From the NCBI GenBank assembly GCA_964517075.1, contig CAZFAT010000062.1:1-48643 (forward strand): 48,643 nucleotides of DNA, read 5' to 3'. This DNA is from an uncultured Solibacteraceae bacterium. GTDB lineage: Bacteria > Acidobacteriota > Vicinamibacteria > Vicinamibacterales > SCN-69-37. Position 1 is the stretch's first letter, and the number at the start of each line of letters is the position of its first letter. The notes below the pieces were generated by a model that searched no databases, was not told the origin of the DNA, and saw nothing but the letters and a program-made list of their open reading frames with translations. This document shows positions 32,231 through 42,577 of the stretch, in pieces. The translations under genes were made by a program, and so were the position numbers.

Positions 32231-34083
32231 GGGGCAAACACCAGCGTCGGCGCCGGCACCGGCAAAGCGGCGCGGAGGCGGTCCGTGAAACGTTCCGTCA
32301 CAACCACCGGGGGCGCGATCAGGCCGCCGGCCGGCTCCGGGGCCGACAGATCGTACAGGCGGATCGTCTCGTGGCTGCGGTACTCGAGCATCGGGGGCCT
32401 GCCGATCCGCTGCGCACGGCGTTCGCCGGAGAACCGCGCCGCAAAGGGCTCGATCTCCCATTCCTCGAGCACCGCGTATACCGGCACGCCCCGCGCGGTG
32501 AGCCACTCGACGCCCCGGTCAAGCCAGCCCTCGTCGAGGATGTCATACCGAATCGTCATGCGGCCGCTGTAGTACCGGAGGCTGCCGCTGTGAATCATCG
32601 CGAGCACGGCGCTGTTAGGCGGCGTCGCGTCGCGCACGAGCCGGGCCACGGCAGCGAACCGCCGGTCGCTCTGCCACGCCCTGAACGCGCCCTCCTGCGC
32701 GGCCTGGCGCCAGCACGTGATGCCCAGTGCCAGCACGAAACCTGCGGTGACGAGGGTCAGCGACGGCCGATCGCGCCGGGTCAACCCCACCGCCACCACA
32801 CCCACGCCAAGCATCACGAAGGGCCAGGTTGGGAGGAGGAACCGAAGGTAGCGGAAGTTGTCGAACACGAGATACGCGAAATACTGCACCCAGGTCACGA
32901 CCACGAACGCGGCAATCATCGCGAGGGCGCGACGGTCCGCGATGTGGGGCCAGACGCGGCGAAGCGGGACCAGGACGACCGAAAGTCCCACGAGTCCGAT
33001 CACGGTTTGCGTGTCCACGAACCACGAGAAGTAGTTGCGGATGTTCGGCAGGATGTTCGCCCAAGCGAACTGATCGGAGAACCGTCCGTAACCCGAGACG
33101 AACGGCGAGCCGTACAGCGACTGGTAGATGGCGGCAATCGCCAGACCGGACGCGACGAGAGGCACACCGAACGCGAGACCGGAGGCGATGCGATGACGCC
33201 GGCCGGCGCCGGGAGGAACCTGCCGACAGACGGCGTAGAGGCCCGTGACCGCGGCGACCAGGAAGAGGTTGGGCCGGATCAGCATCGCAACGCCAGCCGC
33301 GATGCCGGCCGCCGCGGTCGCGGGGACGCCCCCCACGAGCAGGAAGTAGATCGCCACCGTCCAGGCGCCGGCCGTGGCGACGTCGCTCATCGGCACGACG
33401 AGGTGCAGCAGGAACACCGGGCTGGTCGCCACGAGCCAGGCGGCGATCAGGCCGGCCCGCGACGAGCCCAGGCGGCGACCGATGCTCCAGGTGGCCAGCA
33501 CCATCAGGCCGCCGAACAGCGGCACGACCGCGAACAGCGCCTCCTGCCCGCCCACGGCCTTCGCCGCCGCCATGAGCAGCGGGAGGCCCGGCGAGTAGGT
33601 CGGGACGTTCGCCCACCGGCCCTCCTCCTCCACGGGGCGGTAGCCGAGGGGCGCGAAGCTCCATCGCTTCGAGGGCCAGGGCACGTGCTCGGCCCAGGGC
33701 TGCGGCACGTGCAGGTTGCCGTCCAGCCACAGGTCCGCCTGGCTGACGTAGCCGTACTGATCCGGCCCGTTTGCGGCGGTGGTGTTGTAAGCGATGCCGG
33801 CCGCAACGACGGCGCCCGACATCGCAAGGACCAGGCCGCGATCGCCCAACGGGGCGACGGCCCGGGTCCAGAGCCGCTCGGATCGCTCGACGCCGTTGGC
33901 GACCACGAAGACGGTCAGCGCCAGCGCGGCGAGGATCAGGGGCCGGAGCGGCTCGTAAGAGGTGACGGTGGACCCGAAGAGTTGGAACTCGAACCCGCCG
34001 TGGAAGGCGATGACGAAGGCCCAGACCAGGGCGGCGACGGCCAGCGCCAGGGCCGCCACGCTGATCGAGCGTCTTGATGTCAC
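32227..34083 (-). CDS. GT-C fold glycosyltransferase (ArnT/PMT-like), paralog 1
   Basis: 618 aa, GTG start. Blocks GPDQYGYVSQADLWLDG, YSPGLPL, IRPN, LYGSPFVSGYGR, YLRFLLPTWPF and SGSLRYYSGRMTIRYD are collinear with the downstream paralog. Confidence 0.75.
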   Translation of the reverse strand: MTSRRSISVAALALAVAALVWAFVIAFHGGFEFQLFGSTVTSYEPLRPLILAALALTVFVVANGVERSERLWTRAVAPLGDRGLVLAMSGAVVAAGIAYNTTAANGPDQYGYVSQADLWLDGNLHVPQPWAEHVPWPSKRWSFAPLGYRPVEEEGRWANVPTYSPGLPLLMAAAKAVGGQEALFAVVPLFGGLMVLATWSIGRRLGSSRAGLIAAWLVATSPVFLLHLVVPMSDVATAGAWTVAIYFLLVGGVPATAAAGIAAGVAMLIRPNLFLVAAVTGLYAVCRQVPPGAGRRHRIASGLAFGVPLVASGLAIAAIYQSLYGSPFVSGYGRFSDQFAWANILPNIRNYFSWFVDTQTVIGLVGLSVVLVPLRRVWPHIADRRALAMIAAFVVVTWVQYFAYLVFDNFRYLRFLLPTWPFVMLGVGVVAVGLTRRDRPSLTLVTAGFVLALGITCWRQAAQEGAFRAWQSDRRFAAVARLVRDATPPNSAVLAMIHSGSLRYYSGRMTIRYDILDEGWLDRGVEWLTARGVPVYAVLEEWEIEPFAARFSGERRAQRIGRPPMLEYRSHETIRLYDLSAPEPAGGLIAPPVVVTERFTDRLRAALPVPAPTLVFAP

Positions 34084-34092
34084 GGAGAAACG

Positions 34093-34126
34093 ACGTCGGG
34101 TGTATTTTCGAAAACACGCCCGACGT
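34093..34126 (-). terminator. intercistronic hairpin between speA and the GT-C genes
   Basis: ACGTCGGG (34093-34100) pairs with CCCGACGT (34119-34126). The stem continues through TGT/ACA and the TTTTCGAAAA palindrome. On the minus strand it is followed by CGTTTCTCC and the GTG start at 34083. It may attenuate rather than terminate. Confidence 0.4.
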
Positions 34127-34137
34127 AATTTCGGAAC

Positions 34138-36087
<1,950 letters not shown>

Positions 36088-36140
36088 AGCGCAACATCAT
36101 AAGACATCGGCCGCGTGTTTTCTTGGGCAGGCGGAAAAAA

Positions 36141-37445
36141 TCACCGGCTCAGTCCGGCGCCGAAGGTGACGCGCGTGCCGGCGCCGCGACCGTGCGCGAC
36201 CGTCAGCCCCATCCGGAACACGGTCGCGGCGAGCCAGACGCTCGCGCCGCCGCCCACCCGCAGTGGCTGGTCGCGAAAGGCCTGGCCATGGTCGTACGCA
36301 GTGCCGGCGTCGACAAAGACGCTCACCCCGACCTTGCCGGCCGACAGGGCTGCCGACAGCGGCACGCGCAGCTCGAGCGAGCCGGCCACCAGAATGTCAC
36401 CCGCAAACGCCCCCGGCTCGAACCCGCGAAGGTTGGTGTCGCCGCCGAGCAGGAACGTGAGATACGGCGGCAGCGATCGATTCGCCTGATCTCGCCGGGC
36501 GCTGGCGACCAAAACCGACTGTCCGAGCAGGCCGACATACGCGCGCCCGTCGACAGTCGACAGCGTGGCGGGCAGACCGCCTGAGGCGAAATGCACGCGC
36601 TCCACCGCGGCCCGGGCGAACACCGCGTTTCGCGGCAGGGCCGGATCGAGGCGCGTGTCCAGCGTGGCCTCGGCCTGGATGGAGCGAAGCCGGTCCGCTT
36701 CCCCGGCAAACAAGACCCGCTGCCAGGCAGCGCCCCCGTCGACTCGAAGCGGACCCACAGCCCGCCCAGCCCGCGCCCACAGCCGCCGGCGATCGTCGTT
36801 CTCGTCGAACGCTGGATGGCGCCGGCGATCGATCGAGACGCCGGCCTCCACCCGGCTGAGCAGCCCGGCGACGAACGTCCGGTCGAACTCCACCGCCGCC
36901 TGCTTGAAGCCGCCCCAGGTGAGCGGGAACGACACGCGGCTGCGCCTGCCAGCCATCCCGACGTACGCCATCCGCACGCCGTAGGTCGCGCCGTAGCCAT
37001 CCTCGATGTGGAACACCGGCAGGACGAGCAGGTTCGTCAGCGCCCGCCGCCGCACCACTCTCGCCGGCCCGCCCTCGTCCGGCACCTCGATGTCGACCGG
37101 ACCTTCGTTGACGATGATGACAAGGACGATGCGCGAAGGATCGGCGATGGAGGCGAAGCGCTTGAGCACCTGGACGTCCTGGAAGCGCCCGGTTCGTCGC
37201 AGCCGATCGGCGACCTCGTCCAGCGTGGTGGCCGTGAACGGCGCGCCAACGGCCACGCCGGCGAGCCGCAGCAGCTCATCGTCAGGCGTGATCTGATTGC
37301 CGTGCAGGCGGACCTCGGCGATGACCTCGGCGGTCGGCGGAGGCGACGGCGGCGCTCCCGCCTGCGCGGCGCCTCCCGCCTCCGCCAGCCTGACGACGCC
37401 GGCCAGGACGCCGACGAGGGCCAGCGCCGCCGCGAGGCGGCTCAC
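36141..37445 (-). CDS. Omp85/BamA-family outer-membrane barrel with a single POTRA-like domain
   Basis: The GTG at 37445 (GTGA overlap with the upstream gene) gives the signal peptide VSRLAAALALVGVLAGVV. A POTRA-like segment (EVRLHGNQITPDDELLRLAGV...) and a C-terminal surface-antigen barrel (LGGDTNLRGF, SLELRVPL, VFVDAGTAY) follow. Confidence 0.75.
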   Translation of the reverse strand: MSRLAAALALVGVLAGVVRLAEAGGAAQAGAPPSPPPTAEVIAEVRLHGNQITPDDELLRLAGVAVGAPFTATTLDEVADRLRRTGRFQDVQVLKRFASIADPSRIVLVIIVNEGPVDIEVPDEGGPARVVRRRALTNLLVLPVFHIEDGYGATYGVRMAYVGMAGRRSRVSFPLTWGGFKQAAVEFDRTFVAGLLSRVEAGVSIDRRRHPAFDENDDRRRLWARAGRAVGPLRVDGGAAWQRVLFAGEADRLRSIQAEATLDTRLDPALPRNAVFARAAVERVHFASGGLPATLSTVDGRAYVGLLGQSVLVASARRDQANRSLPPYLTFLLGGDTNLRGFEPGAFAGDILVAGSLELRVPLSAALSAGKVGVSVFVDAGTAYDHGQAFRDQPLRVGGGASVWLAATVFRMGLTVAHGRGAGTRVTFGAGLSR

Positions 37446-38449
37446 GGCACCACCACGGACTTGATGCGTCCGCTCGTGGCCGCTTCGCGGTAGTCGGAGT
37501 AGTCGATGCGGTAGCGCGCGGTCACGGAACCCGCGGCCATCGTCGCGCCAAACTGCATCTCGAGGTCGCGCGGCAGCCACACATCCGTGAACGGCTGGCT
37601 CATCGTCATCGTGGCGCGCAGGTCGTCGAGCCGGACGAGCCAGGCGGCGGGCAGGAAATCGAGGTGAAGGTTGTCGAAGGTGTATTTGACGATCTGGTGC
37701 GTCGCCGGCTCCACCCAGATGGTGATGAGCGCAACTTTGTTCATCAGCCGTCCGACGGCGGCGCCCGCCGCGTCCTCGCGGCTCCGCTTCCCCTCGCGCG
37801 CGTCGTTGTCTACAGGGTCCCCAGGGTCCCCGGGCTCGTGCTCTTTGGCGAACATGCGCGTCGGGTAGTACTCGATGCGCAGCACCTCGCGGTTCTCGAA
37901 GGTCTCACGGCCGACGAGGGCGTACTTGCCCGCCTCGAACTTGAACTTCAGGAAGTAGGCGGAGTCGATGAACTGCGGCCGGCGAGTCTGCGAGAGGAAC
38001 GCTTCCATGTCGGCCGGCGCCTCCACCTCGGCCTGCCGTTCAGGCGTCCGCTCACCGGCCTGTCCGACACCCCGCTTGGTGGCTTCCTGGTCGCGTCCCT
38101 TCGCGCGGCGCAGGAACTCGTCTTCGTACTTCCGGCGTTCGTCCTCGGGCACGGTGACGCCGTTGGCCGTGCGCGGGCTGCGCACGAAGAACCCCTCGCG
38201 GATGTACCAGGTGTACTCGCGCCGCTGGCCCCAGATAGGCACGCTCAGGAGTCCGCGCAGCTCGAACTGCTCGCGCTCGTCGAGAATGTACTGGTGGAGG
38301 CGTTTCCAGTTCTCGTCGCGCCGGGCGAGCACGCGCTCCATGAACTGGTCCAGGTCGGACTGAGCGGGTCGGCCGGCGGCAACCACCGCGCCACCAGCGG
38401 CGAGGGCGGCGAACAGGAAGAGCCTGCCTGCGAGCGGTCGTATTGACAC
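37442..38449 (-). CDS. secreted hypothetical protein, possibly LolA-like fold
   Basis: Signal peptide (SIRPLAGRLFLFAALAAGGAVVAA). Beta-rich segments (FKFEAGKYALVGRETFENREVLRIEYYP, IWVEPATHQIVKYTF, VWLPRDLEMQF) recall LolA-like/lipoprotein-sorting domains. The fold assignment is tentative. Translationally coupled to the Omp85 gene. Confidence 0.6.
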   Translation of the reverse strand: MSIRPLAGRLFLFAALAAGGAVVAAGRPAQSDLDQFMERVLARRDENWKRLHQYILDEREQFELRGLLSVPIWGQRREYTWYIREGFFVRSPRTANGVTVPEDERRKYEDEFLRRAKGRDQEATKRGVGQAGERTPERQAEVEAPADMEAFLSQTRRPQFIDSAYFLKFKFEAGKYALVGRETFENREVLRIEYYPTRMFAKEHEPGDPGDPVDNDAREGKRSREDAAGAAVGRLMNKVALITIWVEPATHQIVKYTFDNLHLDFLPAAWLVRLDDLRATMTMSQPFTDVWLPRDLEMQFGATMAAGSVTARYRIDYSDYREAATSGRIKSVVVP

Positions 38450-38517
38450 CGGACTGTCCCCGTCTCAGGCTGGCGCGACCGTCCCGTGCAAGGCGGCACC
38501 ATGATTAGACGTCAGAC

Positions 38518-38573
38518 CTGACGGGCAGGTTGCAGGACCCTCTGGCTTCCAACTTCCAACCTGCCCGCGTCAG
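38518..38573 (-). terminator. hairpin 5 nt downstream of the PhoX-like gene
   Basis: CTGACGGGCAGGTTG (38518-38532) pairs with CAACCTGCCCGCGTCAG (38557-38573): 15 bp with a 2-nt bulge. The loop contains CTTCCAA CTTCCAA. No clean U-tract. Confidence 0.45.
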
Positions 38574-38578
38574 TTCCC

Positions 38579-39928
38579 TTAGAGCGGCCCCTTCCCCCAC
38601 GGCCCCGTGATCGCCACGGTGATGCCCGGCGACTGGATGTTCACGAACAGCCATCGCCCCTCCGGGCTGTAGCAGACGCCGCACAGCTCGCTCTGGCGGT
38701 AGTCGCGCGCCGGCACGCGATCGTTGTACGCGGTCGTCAGGTTGACGTTGTTAATCGCGAAGATGAAGCTCTGTCCCTCGAGCGTGAGGCCGACGAGCCG
38801 CTCGCCCTCGGCCACGGCATTGCCGTCCTCGGCGAGGACGAGGCCGCCGCGCGGGGTGACCGCCATGTTGTCGGGGTTGTTGCATTCGATTGCCGCCGGC
38901 GAGTCGTAGATGAGCTTCAGCGTCTCGTTGTCCGGGTCGTACTCGAACACCTGGCCCTCGGCCACTTGGCCGCCGCTCGTGGAGAGGAAGTAGCCCGTGC
39001 GATCGCCCCACCAGGCGCCTTCCAGCCGATGGAACTGCGCGGCGCCAGCGGCGCGGCCCTGTACGAAGGGCGACTGGGTGGCCGCGTGCGGATCCGGCAC
39101 CCGCACCCAGGTCACCGGCCAGGTCGTGCCCAGCGGATAGGCCAGACCGAGATTGATGTCCGGCCGGCCCTTGACGCCGAGCATGAACAGCTCGCCGCCT
39201 TCCTTGAGCTTTCCCTTCTCGTTCGGCACGAAGCGGTAGAAGCCGCTCGTCACGCCCGCGTCCTCGGTCTCGTACACGTTGCCGCTCCGCGGGTCGACCA
39301 TGACCGCTTCGTGCGAGAACCGGCCCATGTCCTTGAGCGGCGTCGGATCGCCCTGCTCCTTGCCGACATCGAAACACCAGCCGAGATCGGGGTCGGTCGT
39401 TTCCTCGCACGTGATCCAGGTGCCCCAGGGCGTCACGCCGCCGGCGCAGTTGCGCCGCGTGCCCGTCAAGGACGCCCACGCGCGCTTCCAGGTGCCGGTC
39501 GTCGTGTCGAAGAGCAGGTTCGTCGTGCCGCCACCGCTCACATCCGAGGCCTTGAACGACCCGTCCGCGACGAACGGCGGCCCGGCACCGATTTCGTGAT
39601 TGCGGACGAGAACCACGTGTCCGGCCTCGTCACCGCGATCGACGACGGCCATGCCGTCGTGAGAGGCAGGACAGCGCAGCCCTTCGGCAATGAGATCGCC
39701 CGTCCAGGCGAACGAGCGGTACCGAAAGCCGTCGGGCAGTTGCAGCAGCGGCAGTCCGGTGGTCTCGTCGAGCTTCGGGCTGACCGGGCCGTACGGTCCC
39801 TGCACCCGCGGCGACTCGACCGCGCGCCGCGCCAGCAGTTCCTCGAGCGAGAACATCCACAAGGCCCCGGCGCCCATGGCGCCGCGGCGAAGGAACGTCC
39901 GCCGGTCGTGGTTCACGAGTTCCGCCAT
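38579..39928 (-). CDS. Tat-exported PhoX/DUF839 family protein (putative phosphatase)
   Basis: The ATG at 39928 is preceded by AAGGAGGA. Twin-arginine signal (HDRRTFLRRGAMGAGAL). NCAGGVTPWGTWITCEE, NPDN and SPEGRWLFVNIQSPG are characteristic of PhoX/DUF839. The upstream part of the 602-aa track ORF is rejected. Confidence 0.8.
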   Translation of the reverse strand: MAELVNHDRRTFLRRGAMGAGALWMFSLEELLARRAVESPRVQGPYGPVSPKLDETTGLPLLQLPDGFRYRSFAWTGDLIAEGLRCPASHDGMAVVDRGDEAGHVVLVRNHEIGAGPPFVADGSFKASDVSGGGTTNLLFDTTTGTWKRAWASLTGTRRNCAGGVTPWGTWITCEETTDPDLGWCFDVGKEQGDPTPLKDMGRFSHEAVMVDPRSGNVYETEDAGVTSGFYRFVPNEKGKLKEGGELFMLGVKGRPDINLGLAYPLGTTWPVTWVRVPDPHAATQSPFVQGRAAGAAQFHRLEGAWWGDRTGYFLSTSGGQVAEGQVFEYDPDNETLKLIYDSPAAIECNNPDNMAVTPRGGLVLAEDGNAVAEGERLVGLTLEGQSFIFAINNVNLTTAYNDRVPARDYRQSELCGVCYSPEGRWLFVNIQSPGITVAITGPWGKGPL

Positions 39929-39969
39929 CGCATCCTCCTTTCGTCCACCCTGCGGCCTGCCCGAACCGA

Positions 39970-40296
39970 CTAGTACAACCCGCCTTCTTTGGTCTGAGAG
40001 ATCACGACGAGCATCGCGACAACTCCGCCACCAATCACGTACGGCCATGGCGTTTTCCAGAAAGACCTGCTTCCGGTCGCTTGCGCCGCGACCGGCGCGG
40101 CTCGGCGCAGGTCCGGGCGCTTCGAGGTCTTGGCCATCTCGGCGATCCCGGCGGATCTGGCGGAGAAGTCGTATTCGATCGTCGCCGGTGCCGCGGGCGG
40201 TACCGGCGCTGGCGATTTGGCTTCGGCACCCGCCGCGAACGCAGGGCGCGCCCCGAGCCACGTGACGAGGACGACGAACAGCACCACACGCTTCAT
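39970..40296 (-). CDS. small hypothetical exported protein with C-terminal hydrophobic anchor
   Basis: The ATG at 40296 is preceded by AAGGGAG. Signal peptide MKRVVLFVVLVTWLGARPAFA, a Pro/Ala-rich middle and a C-terminal PWPYVIGGGVVAMLVVISQ helix. No recognisable family. The rest of the 390-aa track ORF is rejected. Confidence 0.5.
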   Translation of the reverse strand: MKRVVLFVVLVTWLGARPAFAAGAEAKSPAPVPPAAPATIEYDFSARSAGIAEMAKTSKRPDLRRAAPVAAQATGSRSFWKTPWPYVIGGGVVAMLVVISQTKEGGLY

Positions 40297-40440
40297 GACC
40301 TGCTCCCTTCGGGTGAGCCCTGAGCGGCGACCTGTTTCTACCACGAGACGGGACGGCCGCGCTCCAGCCGGCGGGTTGCGCCGGCATCGGCCGGGCCGAA
40401 GCCCCGCGTTATGATCGACGGGCTCACTCAAGGAGTCCTT

Positions 40441-41229
40441 ATGCGCGCGATTCGGTCCACCCTGACGCTGTTTCTGCTCCTCATGCTCCCGGTCATGGCC
40501 TCCGCCGCCATTCAGACGAGAGAGATCGAATTGAAGCAGGGCGGCACGGTCCTGAGAGGATTCATCGCGTGGGACGATGCGTTCACCGAGCCCCGGCCGG
40601 GGGTACTCGTCGTTCACGAGTGGTGGGGGCATGAAGAGCACGCCCGCGCGCAGGCGCGCCGGCTGGCCGAAGCCGGGTATGTCGGATTCGCGCTCGACCT
40701 CTACGGCGGCGGCAAGGTCGCCGCGCACCCCGCCGATGCCGAGAAGTTCATGATGGAAGCGGTGAAGGATCCCGCCGCGATCCGCGCGCGGTTCGATGCC
40801 GCGCTGGCGGCGCTCAAGGCCGACTCGCACGTGGACCCGGCACGCATCGCCGCCATTGGCTACTGCTTTGGCGGGGGCGTCGTGCTCAACATGGCCCGCG
40901 CGGGCCATCCGGATCTCGATGCCGTCGTGAGCTTCCACGGCGTCCTGGCCACACAGACGCCGGCACAGAAAGGCGCCGTCCACGCGCGCGTGCTCGTTCT
41001 GCACGGCGCGGACGACCCGATGGCGCCCGCGGCTGACGTCGAGGCGCTCCGCAAGGAACTGGACGCCGCCGGCGCCACCTATGCCATCGTCACCTACCCG
41101 GGCGCGAAGCATGCCTTCACCAACCCCAAAGCCGACAGCCACGGCATGGCCGCGCTGAGCTACAACGCCGACGCGGACAAGCGATCGTGGGCGGCGATGC
41201 TTGGACTGTTGAAGGACATCTGGCGCTGA
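40441..41229 (+). CDS. dienelactone hydrolase family protein (secreted)
   Basis: The ATG at 40441 is preceded by AAGGAG. Signal peptide MRAIRSTLTLFLLLMLPVMASA. Motifs GVLVVHEWWG, the nucleophile elbow GYCFGG and LHGADDP. Confidence 0.85.
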   Translation: MRAIRSTLTLFLLLMLPVMASAAIQTREIELKQGGTVLRGFIAWDDAFTEPRPGVLVVHEWWGHEEHARAQARRLAEAGYVGFALDLYGGGKVAAHPADAEKFMMEAVKDPAAIRARFDAALAALKADSHVDPARIAAIGYCFGGGVVLNMARAGHPDLDAVVSFHGVLATQTPAQKGAVHARVLVLHGADDPMAPAADVEALRKELDAAGATYAIVTYPGAKHAFTNPKADSHGMAALSYNADADKRSWAAMLGLLKDIWR

Positions 41230-41245
41230 CGGTGGCTCGAGGTTT

Positions 41246-41316
41246 GTTCTCGGTTCTCGCTTCTCGGTTCCGGGAGCATGTCAGTACCGAAAACCCGGAA
41301 CCGAAAACCGACAACG
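41246..41316. repeat. heptamer-periodic hairpin element F (GTTCTCG / ACCGAAA type)
   Basis: Left arm GTTCTCG GTTCTCG CTTCTCG GTTCCGG (41246-41273). Right arm TACCGAA AACCCGG AACCGAA AACCGAC (41285-41312). The pairing register is 41253 with 41315 inward to 41274 with 41294. It lies between convergent stops (41229 and 41324). Confidence 0.75.
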
Positions 41317-41323
41317 CCGCACG

Positions 41324-42475
41324 CTACAGCAGCAGCGCCTCCACCCGATGCGCCTGCACCATGTCCTCATCGCCGGACCACTTGAAGATCGTGAAGCGGC
41401 CGTCCTGGGAAGCGACGAGGGCGGTGGCGTCCGGTTGATCCTGGACGAACTGCGCAGCGGAGAAGTGGCGCGTGCCGCCAAGCTGGTAGGGATTGACGAC
41501 TGTCACGACGGCGCCTTCGACCGGCTCGCTCAGCAGCACGCGCTCGACCGGCGGACGCCCGCGGCGGCGGGTAATCTTCGCGCCAAAGGCCATCAACTGG
41601 TAGCGCTCGGTCAGAAGCGTGGCGCCGTCCACGGCCGTCAGGCCGGCCAGGGCGTCGACCGCGCGCCGTAAATCCTCCTGCCATTCGTGCGAGGCCTCGA
41701 CCCGGCCGGGAGCCTCAATGAGCGCGGACAATTCCGAGTACGGCGGCGAGACCGCGTACGTCACCGGGTGGACGATGGACTCGGGCCACTCGCGGTTGTC
41801 GGAGGGAATCACCAGCAGCGCGCCGCCGCGCTGGTGCGCGCGCATCGAGGCCGCAATCTGGACGAGCACATTCATCGAGTCCGGCACGAGTCCAGGCAGA
41901 TCGACACCCAGCAGTGAGGCGACAACGCCCGGGCAATCCGGCCGGCGGGCGCGCCCCTCGTCCACGACCTTGATGGCGTTGCCTTCGAGCACGACCATGT
42001 TGACGAACTTGCCGAACGACTCGCTGCGATGTTTGATGACCAGCAGTCCGGAGGTCACGACTTCGAGCACGAAGCACAGCGCCGGCAGGCGGCGCGTCGT
42101 CCCCCAGACCCGCAGCTCGCCGCCGAAGTCACGCCAGACGCCCAGATGGATGCCCGGACGCTCGACCGCGGGCGCGAGCTTCGCGAGGGCCGGGGCCGAG
42201 AGCGGGAGCGGACGCTCGAACGTCAGGGGACTGCCGGCCGGATCGGGCGGCACGAAGGCCAGCGAGATGCGCGGCAGCACCCCCTCCTCGCGCCGGAGGC
42301 TGGCCCAGAACGCCGCGTCCACGATGGCCTCGATGGCGTCGGCATCCGGCTCGGGCGCCAGATCCTGCCGTCCCTGGGCCCGCGCCGCCTCCAGGTGACG
42401 CGCGAAGTGCTCGCGCGCACGGAGCGCCACCGCGTGCGCCGCCGGGTACGGTGGGGTGACGGGCGTCGTGGACAC
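41324..42475 (-). CDS. hypothetical protein with diverged C-terminal DAC (DisA_N, diadenylate cyclase-like) domain
   Basis: 383 aa, GTG start. The C-terminal half aligns by eye to DAC motifs. RGGALLVI corresponds to GALIVI. AVDGATLL...LMAFGAKI corresponds to LHDGAVII...AA. LGGTRHFSAAQF corresponds to LGTRHRAA. ATALVASQDGRFTIF corresponds to VVSEETG.IS. The N-terminal ~190 aa have no family I recognise. Confidence 0.65.
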   Translation of the reverse strand: MSTTPVTPPYPAAHAVALRAREHFARHLEAARAQGRQDLAPEPDADAIEAIVDAAFWASLRREEGVLPRISLAFVPPDPAGSPLTFERPLPLSAPALAKLAPAVERPGIHLGVWRDFGGELRVWGTTRRLPALCFVLEVVTSGLLVIKHRSESFGKFVNMVVLEGNAIKVVDEGRARRPDCPGVVASLLGVDLPGLVPDSMNVLVQIAASMRAHQRGGALLVIPSDNREWPESIVHPVTYAVSPPYSELSALIEAPGRVEASHEWQEDLRRAVDALAGLTAVDGATLLTERYQLMAFGAKITRRRGRPPVERVLLSEPVEGAVVTVVNPYQLGGTRHFSAAQFVQDQPDATALVASQDGRFTIFKWSGDEDMVQAHRVEALLL

Positions 42476-42496
42476 GGGGTCTCAGGATCTTAGATT

Positions 42497-42577
42497 AGTT
42501 TGAGTTCTGAGTCGTGAGTTCAGAGTTCCCGACTGCGACCAGAGCCTCAAGACTCATGACTCAAAACTCAGAACTAC
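42497..42577. repeat. heptamer-periodic hairpin element G (GAGTTCN / NNGACTC type)
   Basis: Left arm GAGTTCT GAGTCGT GAGTTCA GAGTTCC (42502-42529). Right arm AAGACTC ATGACTC AAAACTC AGAACTA (42549-42576). The GTTCTGAG/CTCAGAAC core pairs 42504-42511 with 42567-42574. It sits in the divergent 5' region between the DAC-like and MutS-like genes. Confidence 0.7.
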
